64,000 bases of DNA. It comes from the human T2T-CHM13v2.0 reference genome, Homo sapiens. The stretch lies in assembly GCF_009914755.1 (NCBI RefSeq), contig NC_060935.1; one strand, given 5' to 3'. Below the pieces are notes generated by a model. That model was given only the letters and a program-made list of their open reading frames with translations. It made no database searches and was not told the DNA's origin. The position numbers and the translations under genes are program-made. Numbering within the stretch: the first letter of the stretch is position 1; the number at the start of each line of letters is the position of its first letter. Positions 36,739 through 52,453 of the stretch are shown piece by piece.

Positions 36739-37750
36739 TTGCAATTTGGCATGTTTTTGCAGTAGCTGGTACCAGTTGTTCCTTTCCATGTTTAGTGCTT
36801 CCTTCAGGAGCTCTTTTAGGGCATGCCTGGTGGTGACAAAATCTGTCAACATTTGCTTGTCTGTAAAGGATTTTATTTCTCCTTCACTTATGAAGCTTAG
36901 TTTGGCTGGATATGAAATTCTGGGTTGAAAATTCTTTTCTTTAAGAATGTTGAATATTGGCCCCCACTCTCTTCTGGCTTGTAGAGTTTCTGCCAAGAGA
37001 TCCACTTTAGTCTGATGGGCTTCCCTTTGTGGGTAACCCAACCTTTCTCTCTGGCTGCCCTTAACATTTTTTCCTTCATTTCAACTTTGGTGAATCTGAC
37101 AATGATGTGTCTTGGAGTTGCTCTTCTCGAGGAGTATCTCTGTGGTGTTCTCTGTATTTCCTGAATTTGAATGTTGGCCTGCCTTGCTAGGTTGGGGAAG
37201 TTCTGGATAATATCCTGCAGAGTGTTTTCCAACTTGATTCCATTCTCCCCGTCACTTTCAGGTACACCAATCAGTGGTAGATTTGGTCATTTCACATAGT
37301 CCCATATTTCTTGGAGGCTTTGTTCATTTCTTATTACTCTTTTTTCTCAAAACTTCTCTTCTCACTTTATTTCATTCATTTGATCTTCTATCACTGATAC
37401 CCTTCTTCCAATTGATTGAATCGGCCACTGAAGCTTGTGCATTCATCACATAGTTCTCATGCCATGGTTTTCAGCTCCATCAGGTCCTTTAGGGACTTCT
37501 CTGCATTGGTTATTCTAGTTAGCCATTCATCTAATCTTTTTTCAAGGTTTTTAACTTCTTTGTGTTGGGTTCAAACTTCCTCCTTTTGCTCAGAGAAGTT
37601 TGATCGTCTGAAGCCTTCTTCTCTCAACTCATCAAAGTCATTCTCCATCCAGCTTTGTTCCATTGCTGGTGAGGAGTTGCGTTCCTTTGAAGGAGGATAG
37701 GCGCTCTGATTTTTAGAATTTTCAGTTTTTCTGCTCTATTTTTTCCTCAT
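36739..37750 (-). pseudogene. L1 ORF1, frameshifted
   Basis: ORF1 peptides (RRATPRHIIVRF, FQPRISYPAKLSF) split across frames. Confidence 0.9.
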
Positions 37751-38325
37751 CTTTGTGGTTTTATCTACCTTTGGTCTTTGATGATGGTGACGTACAGATG
37801 GGATTTTGGTGTGGATGTCCTTTCTGTTTGTTAGTTTTCCTTCTAACAGTGAGGACCCTCAGCTGCAGGTCTGTTGGAGTTTGCTGGAGGTCCACTCCAG
37901 ACCCTGTTTGCCTGGGTATCAGCCACGGAGGCTGCAGAACAAAGAATATTGGTGAACGGCAAATGTTGCTGCCTGATTGTTCCTCTGGAAGTTTCGTCTC
38001 AGAGGGGTACCCAGCCATGTGAGGTGTCAGTCTGCCCCTACTGGGAGGTGCCTCCCAGTTAGGCTACTCAGGGGTCAGGGACCAACTTGAGGAGGCAGTC
38101 TGTCCATTCTCAGATCTCAGGCTCTGTGCTGGGAGAACCACTACTCTCTTCCAAGCTGTCCGACAGGGACTTTTAAGTCTGCAGAGGTTTCTACTGCCTT
38201 TTGTTCTGCTATGCCCTGCCCCCATAGGTGGAGTCTACAGAGGCAGGCAGGCCTCCTTGAGCTGCGGTGGGCTCCACCCAGTTCGAGCTTCCTGGCCGCT
38301 TTGTTTACCTACTCAAGCCTCAGCA

Positions 38326-39522
<1,197 letters not shown>

Positions 39523-39829
39523 TGAAAATGTTTTTCTGTGCTTTGTTATAAACGGTTTATTGTTCAGCTTTTTTGTTCAGATATGTGATCCATTTGAGTC
39601 AATATTATGTATCATTTGAAGAAAGGATCAAGGTTAATTTTTTCCTTTGAAAATGGTATCCCTTTATTCCATCCCCACTTGCAGAAGACACTGTCCTTTC
39701 TTCATTAAATTACTTTGGATGCTGTGTTGAAGGTCAACTGACCATTGCAAAAGTGGGTTCTATTTCCTGGTTCAGCTTTCTCACTCCCTTTCAACCTCCC
39801 TTTCTTCCTTCCTTCACTTTTCTTAAATT

Positions 39830-40700
39830 TCTTTTTTGTTGTTAACCAAAGTTCATACCTTATTCAGATTTCCCTAGTTACATTTCCTTAGGGCCTAATG
39901 TCTTTTTGCTGTCCCAGGATTTCATCCTGGATACCACATTACATTTAGTCATCATGTCTCTTCAGGTTCCTTTTGGCTGTGACAGTTTCTCAGAAATTTC
40001 TTGGTTTTGATGACCTTGGCAATTTCGAAGAGTCCTGGTCAAGTATTTTGTAGAATGTTGCTCAACTGGGGTTTCTTTGATGTTTTTCTCATGGTTAGTC
40101 TTGGGTTACGGGTTTTGGGAGGAAGACCACAGGGGTGATGTGACAGTCTCATAACATCATATCAATGCTACACACCGTCAACATGACTTATTGTGTTGAT
40201 GTTGACTTTGATCAGTTGGATGACGTAGTGTTTGTCAGGTCTTTCCAGTGTAAAGTAATCTTTTCTCCCCCTTTCCATTCTGTACTCTTATGCACAACTT
40301 TCACTTAGAATGGGGACTTAATCTTCACTTTTTGAGGGCAGAGTATCTACATAAAATGATTTGGAATTTTTCTGCAGGAAAGAGTTGTCTATTTCTCACT
40401 GTTTATTCATTCAGTCATTTATTTATATCAGTATTGGATACTTATTTTATACTTTGGGTTATAATCCATTTTAATTTTTGTTGCTGAAATTGTTTTCTTT
40501 GGCCACTGGGAACTGTCCCAGTTGGTTCCTGTGTCCCTTTGACATGCCCCAATTGTTGCATATGTCTGTTTCTGAGCAGTTCTTTACATTCTGGTGCTAC
40601 AAAATGCTCCAGGCTGATTTTGTATATTTTCTGCTCTAGTCGTAGAATTAACCATTTCTCCAAGGATCCCTCCTTTTTTTTTTAATTGGGAAATGCTATT
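39830..40700 (-). mobile_element. Old L1 (MC/MD-type) 3' UTR fragment
   Basis: ataccacattacatttagtcatcatgtctc and tctggtgctacaaaatgctccaggct motifs. Confidence 0.55.
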
Positions 40701-41140
40701 AGAAACTAAGTTCTATACATTCTATTTCTATATTTGTGGGCCATATTACCAACATGAAGAATAAAAGAGAGGATATCACTATAGAATCCTACAAATGCTT
40801 AAAAGGTTTGATAAGTTTGACCAGTTCCCTGAAAAATACACACATACACACATCATTGACTTTATTACAAATAATTTTCCCATGAAGAAAACTCCGGGAC
40901 CGTGTGATTTTGCTAGTTAAGTCTATTGAACATTTAAAGATCCGTAATACTAATATTATACTAACTCTTTGAGAAAGTAGAGGGGTGAACACTTCCCAAA
41001 ACATTTTATGAGGTTAGTATAAGCCTGATACCAAACCTGAGAGAGAAATTAAAAGAGAAAACGATGTAAATAAAATCCCTTCTTACCACAGATACAGAAA
41101 TCCCCTGTCAAATACTGGCAGATCAAATCCAGAAATACAG

Positions 41141-41393
41141 GCCAGGCGTGGTGGCTCACACCTGTAATCCCAGCACTTCGGGAGGTTGAGGTGGGATCCC
41201 TTGATGTCAGGAGTTCAAGACTGGCCTGGCCAACGTGGTGAAACCCTGTCTCTACTAAAAATACAAAAATTAGCTGGGGGTGGGGGTGCATGCCTGTAGT
41301 CCCAGCTACTTTAGAGGCTGAGATGGTGCCAGTGCACTCCAGCCTGGGCGACAGAGCAACACTACTCTCACAAAAGAAAAGAAAAGAAAAAAA
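41141..41393 (+). mobile_element. AluS-type element with a right-arm deletion
   Basis: gaggctgag joined directly to atggtgccagtgcactcc. Confidence 0.9.
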
Positions 41394-42192
41394 TGTAATA
41401 TAAATTAAATATTAATGTTATATAAATTATTTATATGTAATTGTGTTTGCAAAATTTATAATGGTATATATTCATTTAATTTATATCAGAATGAAATTTT
41501 TTTATATGAGGAAAACCTTTTCTAACCAGCAATTAACTAGATGTCAAAGAATACAGTGTCAGAATGCACAAGATAATTAATATTTATGATAATCTGTTAG
41601 ATTATGTGATGACAGCAAAAAATAAATCTGATTGCATACATGAGAGTTTTTTATTCTTTTACTTCACCCAAACACATCAGGCTATCATCTTTACTTTTCT
41701 GTAACAAAGCTCATGTTGACTGAGTTGCAAGTCAAAGTAGAAAACTACTAAAATGAGTTAGAAGAAAACAAGGTACATTAAACCTATAAATTATATAGAC
41801 ATGGAAAGAGCATGAGATTTTAAAGTGAAAAAAATTAGATTGAGTTCTTTAGTCACTATTGGCAAACTGTTTGTCCTTGGGCAAGGTACTTAACCATTCC
41901 CCTGAACCTCAGTTTTTCATCTGTGAGATAAAAACAATAACAATAATAGCCTTCAGAAAGCACATAATGCAGGTCTCAGGCTAAGTTTTTTATGTGCATT
42001 ACCTCATTTAGCCTTCACATCAACCATGTGAGGTGGGTACTGTAATACCGTTATAACCCCAGTCTACAGATGAGGAAACTAAAGCTTGAGAGGTTAGGTA
42101 ATTCTCCCCATGACATGCAGCAAGTACGTGATGAAGCAGGGATTCAAAGCATGACTCTAAAACCCAGGGCCTTAATTATTACACTATACTAC

Positions 42193-42707
42193 TGCTATGG
42201 TTTCCATGTGGTTTGTCTCTGCCAAAACTAATGTTGAAATTTAATTGCAATGTAAGGATGTTGGGAGGTGGAACTTTTTTTTTTTTTTTTTTTTTTGACA
42301 GAGTCTCACTCTGTCGCCCAGGCTGGAGTACAGTGGTGTGATCTCAGCTCACTGCATCCTCCTCCTCCCAGTTTCAAGCGATTCTTGTGCCTCAGCCTCC
42401 TGGGTAGCTGGAATTACAGGTGTGTGCCACCCTACCTGGCTAGTTTGTGTGTTTTTAGTAGAGATGGTGTTTCACCATGTTGGTCAGGCTGCTCTCGAAC
42501 TTCCAACCTCAGGTGATCTGTCTGCCTTGGCCTCCCAAAGTGCCAGGATTATAGGCATAAGCCACTATGCCCAGCCTAAGAGGTGGAACTTTTAAGAGGT
42601 GGGACCTCATGGGAGGTATTTGTGTCATGGGAGCTCCATCTTTATAGGCAGCTCCATTCTTGCAGTAGTGAGTTCTTTCTCACTCTTGAAAGACTAGACT
42701 AGTTCTT
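42193..42707 (+). mobile_element. MST (MSTB-like) LTR, 5' half; contains an Alu at 42275-42577
   Basis: tgctatggttt start; left TSD actac at 42188-42192; Alu TSD gaggtggaacttt. Confidence 0.85.
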
Positions 42708-46084
<3,377 letters not shown>

Positions 46085-46597
46085 TGTTGGGAGCAGGCCC
46101 CCCAAGATCTGGCCATAAACTGGCCCCAAAAATGGCCATAAACAAAATCTCTGCAGCACTGTAACATGTTCATAATGGCCCTAACGCCCAAGCTGGGAGG
46201 TTCTGGGTTTACGGGAATGAGGGTAAGCAACACCTGGCCCACTCAGGGCGGAAAACCACTTAAAGGCATTCTTAAGTCACAAACAATAGCATGAGCAATC
46301 TGTGCCTTAAGGACATGCTCCTACTGCAGTTAACTAGCCCAACCTATTTCTTTAATTTGGCCCATCCCTTCGTTTTCCATAAGGGATACTTTTAGTTAAT
46401 TTAGTATCTATAGAAACAATGCTAATGACTGGTTTGCTGTTAATAAATATGTGGGTAAATCTCTGTTTGGGGCTCTCAGCTCTGAAGGCTGTGAGACCCC
46501 TGATTTCCCACTTCACACCTCTATATTTCTGTGTGTGTGTCTTTAATTCCTCTAGTGCCTCTGGGTTAGGGTCTCCCTGACCGAGCTGGTCTCAGCA
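46085..46597 (+). mobile_element. MER9 LTR (5' LTR of HERV-K9/HML-3)
   Basis: 513 bp with TG...CA termini; tgttgggagcaggccccccaagatctggccataaactggcccc start; followed by a primer-binding site. Confidence 0.85.
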
Positions 46598-46599
46598 AG

Positions 46600-46617
46600 T
46601 GGCGTCCATTTGTGGGG
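46600..46617 (+). promoter_or_regulatory. Degenerate primer-binding site of the HML-3 provirus
   Basis: tggcgtccatttgtgggg immediately after the LTR, resembling a Lys-type PBS. Confidence 0.65.
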
Positions 46618-46741
46618 GCTCAAATCCAGGTCGAAGGGTCACCGGAGCAATGGTTGGAAGGGAAAACTAGCTGGAGGACACCCGAGTACTCTTAAAGCAA
46701 TCCCCATGGTAAGAAGGGGAGCTCGGAAGCATCAGGGTAAC

Positions 46742-48056
46742 AATGGAACAGGTGTGGGGTCTGGTTCATTTCCCCTTGGAACTTTTCACACTGATAATGA
46801 GGAGGAACAAGAGTATAGTGAAGTAACAGAAGAGGTTACAGAGCATGTTTATTAACCATATAAAGCTAAAGTGGCAAAGGAAGGAGAGATTCATCCCTAC
46901 CCTTCTGCACCCCCTCATTATTATTTTGAAGAAAAAGACCCTCCAGATCTTTCTTTTTCAGAGGACACCGGGCAAAAAGTAGTTGTCCCAGTGACTGTTC
47001 AAGCAGCACCTTGAGTGACCGCTCTTAGTTCTATTCAGGCAGGAATTCAGCAAGCTAGATGAGAGGGTGATTTAGAGGCTTGGCAGTTCCCTGTTAGACT
47101 ACAACTCCCAGATCAACGGGAAAGTATTATAGCTACATTTGAGCATTTTCCTTTTAAATTACTCAAAGAATTTAAACAAGCTATAAATCAGTATGGACCA
47201 GGTTCTCCTTTTGTAATGGGACCGTTAAAGAATGTTGCTGTTTCCAGTTGGATGATTCCTACTGACTGGGATGCTGTTACTCAAGCTTGTCTAACTCCTG
47301 GTCAGTTCTTACAATTTAAAACTTGGTGGGCAGATGAAGCTTCCATTCAGGCTGCTTGCAATGCCCAGGCCCAACATCAAATTAATGTAACTGTAGACCA
47401 ACTTTTGGGGGTTGGCGGCTGGGCTGGTTTAGATGCGCAACTGGTCATGCAGGATGATGCCATAGAACAGCTTAGAGGAGTGTGCATTAGAGCTTGGGAA
47501 AAAATCACTATAGGTGGAGAACATTACCCTTCCTTTAGTGCTATAAAACGGACCAAGAGAACCATATGTTGATTTTATAGCTCAGTTACAGGAGTCTCTT
47601 AAAAAGATGATTGCAGATTCGGCTGCTCAGGTTATAGTGTTGCAGTTATTAGCTTTTGACAATGCTAATGCCGATTGCCAGGCTGCTCTGCAACCTGTCA
47701 GAGGGAAAGCACATTTAGTTGATTACATCAAGGCCTGTGATGGTATCAGAGGTAATCTGCATAAAGCTACTTTGTTGGCACAGGCAATGGCAGGACTGAG
47801 AGTGGATAAAGGAAATACTCCATTTCCTGGAGCTTGTTTTAACTATGGGAAGCATGGTCATACTAAAAAAGAATGTAGAAAAAAATCAGTGAGTCAGGCA
47901 GCCAGATGGGGAAAAAGGAAAACTGCTGATCCTGAAATATGTCCAAAATGTAAAAAAGGGAAATATTGGGCTAATCAGTGTCACTCTAAGTTTGACAAAG
48001 ATGGGACCCTGATTTCGGGAAATGCCATGAGGGGTCCGTCCTGGGCCCTGTTCTAA
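46742..48056 (+). pseudogene. gag: HML-3 gag remnant
   Basis: Betaretroviral capsid peptides (LAFDNANADCQ) and two degraded CCHC knuckles (CFNYGKHGHTKKEC, CPKCKKGKYWANQC); stops and frameshifts. Confidence 0.85.
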
Positions 48057-48943
48057 ACCGGGGCATTTCCGGCTCAGGCCATTCCCTTACCCCTGTACAA
48101 TGTCTGTCCCCTGCCACAGCCGGTAGTGCCACAGTAGATTTATGCTGCACAAAAGCTGTGAGCCTTCTACCTGGGGAACCCCTGCAAAAGGTCCCAACAG
48201 GAGTCTGTGGACACTTGCCAGCGGGGACAATAGGATTACTTTTAGGAAGGTCTAGTTTAGGTTTAAAAGGGGTACAAATACATACAGGAGTCATTGATTC
48301 AGATTACAATGGGGAAATTCAAATTATTATATCTACTTCTGTTCCCTGGAAAGCAGAGCCAGGAGAGTGCATAGCACAGCTCCTGATTGTGCCATATATG
48401 AGAATGGGAAAAAATGAAACTAAATGAACAGGAGGATTTGGAAGCACAAATAAACAAGGCAAAGCAGCTTATTGGGTAAATCAAATTACTGATAAATGTC
48501 CTACCTGTGAAATAACTATTCAAGGAAAGAAATTTAAAGGTTTGACAGATACAGGAGCAGACATGTCAATCATTTCTCTACAGCACTGGCCGTCCGCGTG
48601 GCCAATTCAACCTGCTCAATTTAACATATTTGGAGTTGATAAAGCTGCTGAAGTATATTAAAGTAGTTATATTTTGCATTGTGAAGGGCCCAATGGACAA
48701 TCTGGGACTATTCAACCAATTATAACTTCTGTACCTATAAATTTTTGGGGAATAAATTTATTACAACAATGGGGAGCACAAGTTCTAATTCCAGAACAAT
48801 TATATAGCCCTCAAAGTCAACATATGATGCATGAAATGGGGCATGTCCCTGGTATGGGACTAGAAAAAAATTTGCAAGTTTTGAAAAAACCACTTCAAAT
48901 GGAAAGACCAAGTTCCTGCCAAAGATTAGGAAATAATTTTTGA
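48000..48943 (+). pseudogene. pro: HML-3 pro remnant (dUTPase plus aspartic protease)
   Basis: dUTPase motifs GRSS, GVIDSDYNGEI, IAQL and GGFGST; protease DTGAD at ~48548; internal stops. Confidence 0.85.
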
Positions 48944-49654
48944 TGGCAGCCATTGTTAAGCCTCCAGAACCTATACTTTTAAAATGGTTAGCCAATAAGC
49001 CAATTTGGTTAGAACAATGGCCGCTAAGTAAAGAGAAACTGGAGGCTTTAGAGACATTTGTTAATGAACAATTAGAAAATGGGCACATAATTCCAACATT
49101 TTCTCCTTGGAATTCTCCAGTTTTCATAATTAAGAAAAAATCAGGTAAATGGAGAATGCTAACTGACTTAAGAGCCATCAATTCAGTTATACAACCTATG
49201 GGAGCATTACAGCCAGGATTGCCTTCTTCTGGTATAATTCCAAAAAATTGGTCTTTAATAGTCATAGATTTAAAAGACTGTTTCTTTACTATCCCTTTAG
49301 CTGAGCAAGACTGTGAATGGTTTACATTTACAATTCCTGCAGTAAACAACCTGCAGCCTGCTAAGCATTTTCATCGTTTCACAGATGTGTCTAGTAATGG
49401 TAAAGCTTCTTATTCTGGATCAAAAGGTAAAGTTTTCCAGACGCCCGATACTTCAGCTCAAAAAGCAGAGCTTGTGGTGGTAATTAAGATATTGACTGCT
49501 TTTGATATGCCTATTAATGTGATTTCTCATTCTTCATACGTGGTTTATTCCACACAGTTAATTGAAAATGCTTAGTTATGATTTCATACAGATGAACAAC
49601 TAATGACTTTATTTACCCAATTGCAAACAGCGGTTAGAAGTAGAATGCACCCTT
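48940..49654 (+). pseudogene. pol: HML-3 pol remnant (RT N-terminus fused to RNase H; truncated)
   Basis: [24 protein letters not shown] and [12 protein letters not shown] followed directly by FTD...SAQKAEL. Confidence 0.85.
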
Positions 49655-49685
49655 CCCCTTCAAGCTGTAGGGGGATAGATGTTCC

Positions 49686-49819
49686 GTCTGAACATCAGAA
49701 GGAACAAACTCCAGACACACCATCTTTAAGAACTGTAACACTCACCACGAGGGTCCAAGGCTTCATTCTTGAAGTCAGCAAGACCAAGAACCCACCAGAA
49801 GGAACCAATTCCAGACACA
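49686..49819 (+). mobile_element. Residual U5 end of the ERV9 5' LTR (LTR12 family)
   Basis: Matches 57194-57327 of the 3' LTR; ends ccagacaca. Confidence 0.9.
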
Positions 49820-49822
49820 TTT

Positions 49823-49840
49823 TGGCAACCATGAAGGGAC
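49823..49840 (+). promoter_or_regulatory. ERV9 primer-binding site (tRNA-Arg type)
   Basis: tggcaaccatgaagggac right after the LTR end. Confidence 0.8.
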
Positions 49841-50977
49841 TATCACCAAGCAGTAAGCAGCATTGGGCCTCTTTCACTTGCTATTCTGTCCTATTTTTCC
49901 TTAGAATTTGGGGGCTAAATACCAGGCACCTGTCAGCCAGTTAAAAGCGACTAGCGTGGTTGCCGGACTAAAGACATGGGTGTCAGGCTTTCTGGGAAAG
50001 AGCTCTCTAATAATCCCCAATGCTTCAGAGTTGGGAGCATTGGTTTGCCTGGAACCAGCTTCTGCTTTTCCTGTACTTCTGGGTTGAGCCGAGGGTCAAC
50101 AGAGAGGAAAGCCATTCAGCTCTGGGATCCTGACAGCAAGTTGGTTGACCCTGTGGCCATGAGCGGAACTCTCAAAGTCATGTCACCCAAGCGAGACTTG
50201 CCCATCTATCCTATCTATCCTGACCCTTGCCCCCTGGGTCCTAATGCCTGTCAGACAAACTTCCTCTCGCCTCTCTTCTCCAAGACTAGTCCCACTTCTA
50301 AAAACCATTCCCTGTCTCTGGTGCTTTTCTAGTTTCTCCTATAAGAATGATTTCTACTATAAACTCCAGGACTCTATTCCCTTCTTTTAACACCCAGGTT
50401 CACCAATCAGAAAGACATAATTTTTGAGTGGGGAGACCAACTATCCTTTTAAGATCCCTCCTCATACAAGCAGGCCTAACACAGGCTATTCCTGAAGCTA
50501 GGATATGAGGAGCCTCAGAAATTATATCCTTCCTATTCATATAAGTGAGGACAAAAGGTGTCACTCTCCCAATCCTGGAGATCCCTTCCCTCAATCAGGG
50601 AATGGCCCTCCATTTCATTTTTGGGGCATAACATCTTTATAGTACAGGGGCAAACTCCCAATACTAACAGGAGAAAGCTTAGGGCTCTAACAGGTTTTTG
50701 AGAATGTGTCAGTAAGGGTCACTAAATCCGATTTTTCTTGGTCCTCTTTGGTGTCTAGGAGGACAGGCAAGGGTCCAGCTTTTTGAGAATGCATCAGTAA
50801 GGGCCACTAACTCTGACCTTCCTCAGTCCTCCTTGTGGTGTAGGAGGAAAACTAGTGTTTCTGTTGCTGTGTTGGTGAGTGCAACTATTCCGATCAGCAG
50901 GGTCCAGGGACCATCACAGGTTCTTGGGCAGGGGGAGAAACAAACAAACCAAAACGGTGGGTGGTTTTGTCTTTCAG

Positions 50978-52453
50978 ATGGGAAACACTCAGACATCAAC
51001 AGGCTCACCCTTGAAATGCATCCTAAGCCATTGGGACCAATTTGATCTGCAAACCCTGAAAAAGAGGTGGCTCATTTTTTTTCCTGCACTACAGCCTGGC
51101 CCCAATATTCTCTCTCTGATGGGGAAAAATGGTCACCTGAGGGAAGTATAAATTACAATACTATCATGCAGCTTGACCTTTTCTGTAAGAGGGAAGGCAA
51201 ATGGAGTGAAATACCTTATGTCCAAGCTTTCTTTTCATTGAAGGAGAATACACAACTAGGCAAAGCTTGCAATTTACATCCCACAGGAGGACCTCTCGGC
51301 TTACCCCATATCCTAGCCTCCCTATAGCTCCCTTTCCTATTAATGATAAGCCTCCTCTAATCTCCCCTGCTCAGAAGGAAATAAGCAAAGAAATCTCCAG
51401 AAAATCACAAAAACCCCCGGGCTATTGGTTATGTCCCCTTCAAGCTGTAGGGGGAGGGGAATTTGGCCCAACCCAGGTACACGTCCCCTTCTCCCTCTCT
51501 GATTTAAAGCAGATCAAGGCAGACCTGGGGAAGTTTTCAGATGATCATGATATGCACATAGATGTCCTACAGGGTCTAGGGCAAACCTTCGATCTCATTG
51601 GAGAGATGTCATGCTATTGTTAGATCAAACCCTGGCCTTTACTGAAAAGAATGTGGCTTTAGCTGCAGCCCAAGAGTTTGGAGATACCTGGTATCTTAGT
51701 CAAGTAAATGATAGACTGACAGCCAAAGAAAGGGACAAATTCCCTACTGGTCAGCAAGCCATCCCCAGTATGGATCCCCACTGGGACCTTGACTCAGATC
51801 ATGGGGACTGGAGTCATAAACATCTGTTGACCTGTGTTCTAGAAGGACTAAGGATAATTAGGAAAAAGCCCATGAATTATTCAATGATGTCCACCATGAC
51901 TCAGGGAAAGGAAGAAAATCCTTCTGCCTTCCCCGATTGGCTACGGGAGGCCTTAAGAAAATATACTTCCCTGTCACCTGACTCACTAGAGGGTCAATTG
52001 ATTCTAAAAGGTAAGCTTATTACCCAATCAGCTGCAGAAATCAGAAGAAAGCTCCAAAAGCGAGCCCTGGGCCCTGAACAAAATCTGGAGGCATTATTAA
52101 ACCTGGCAACTTCAGTGTTCTATAATAGGGGCCAAGAAGAACAGGCCCAAAAGGAAAAGTGAGATCAGAGAAAGGCCACAGCCTTAGTCATGACCCTCAG
52201 ACAAACAAACCTTGGTGGTTCAGAGAGGACAGAAAATGGAGCAGGCCAATCACCTGGTAGGGCTTGTTATCAGTGTGGTTTACAAGGACACTTTAAAAAA
52301 GATTGTCCAATGAGAAACAAGCCACCTCCGCATCCATGTCCACTCTGCCGAGGCAATCACTGGAAGGCACACTGCCCCAGAGTACGATGGTTCTCTGGGC
52401 CAGAAGCTCCCAACCAGATGATCCAACAACAGAACTTATGGTGCCCAGGGTAA
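50978..52453 (+). pseudogene. gag: ERV9 gag remnant
   Basis: MGNTQ start, [37 protein letters not shown]; several frameshifts. Confidence 0.9.

Noticed and set aside
46085-46597. LTR3/HML-6 or LTR5/HML-2 assignment for the betaretroviral LTR
   Set aside because: The start sequence and 513-bp length fit MER9 (HML-3) as recalled, as does the shortened gag-pol layout.
48735-49349. 204-aa minus-strand ORF
   Set aside because: Antisense shadow of HML-3 pro/pol with no recognisable domain.
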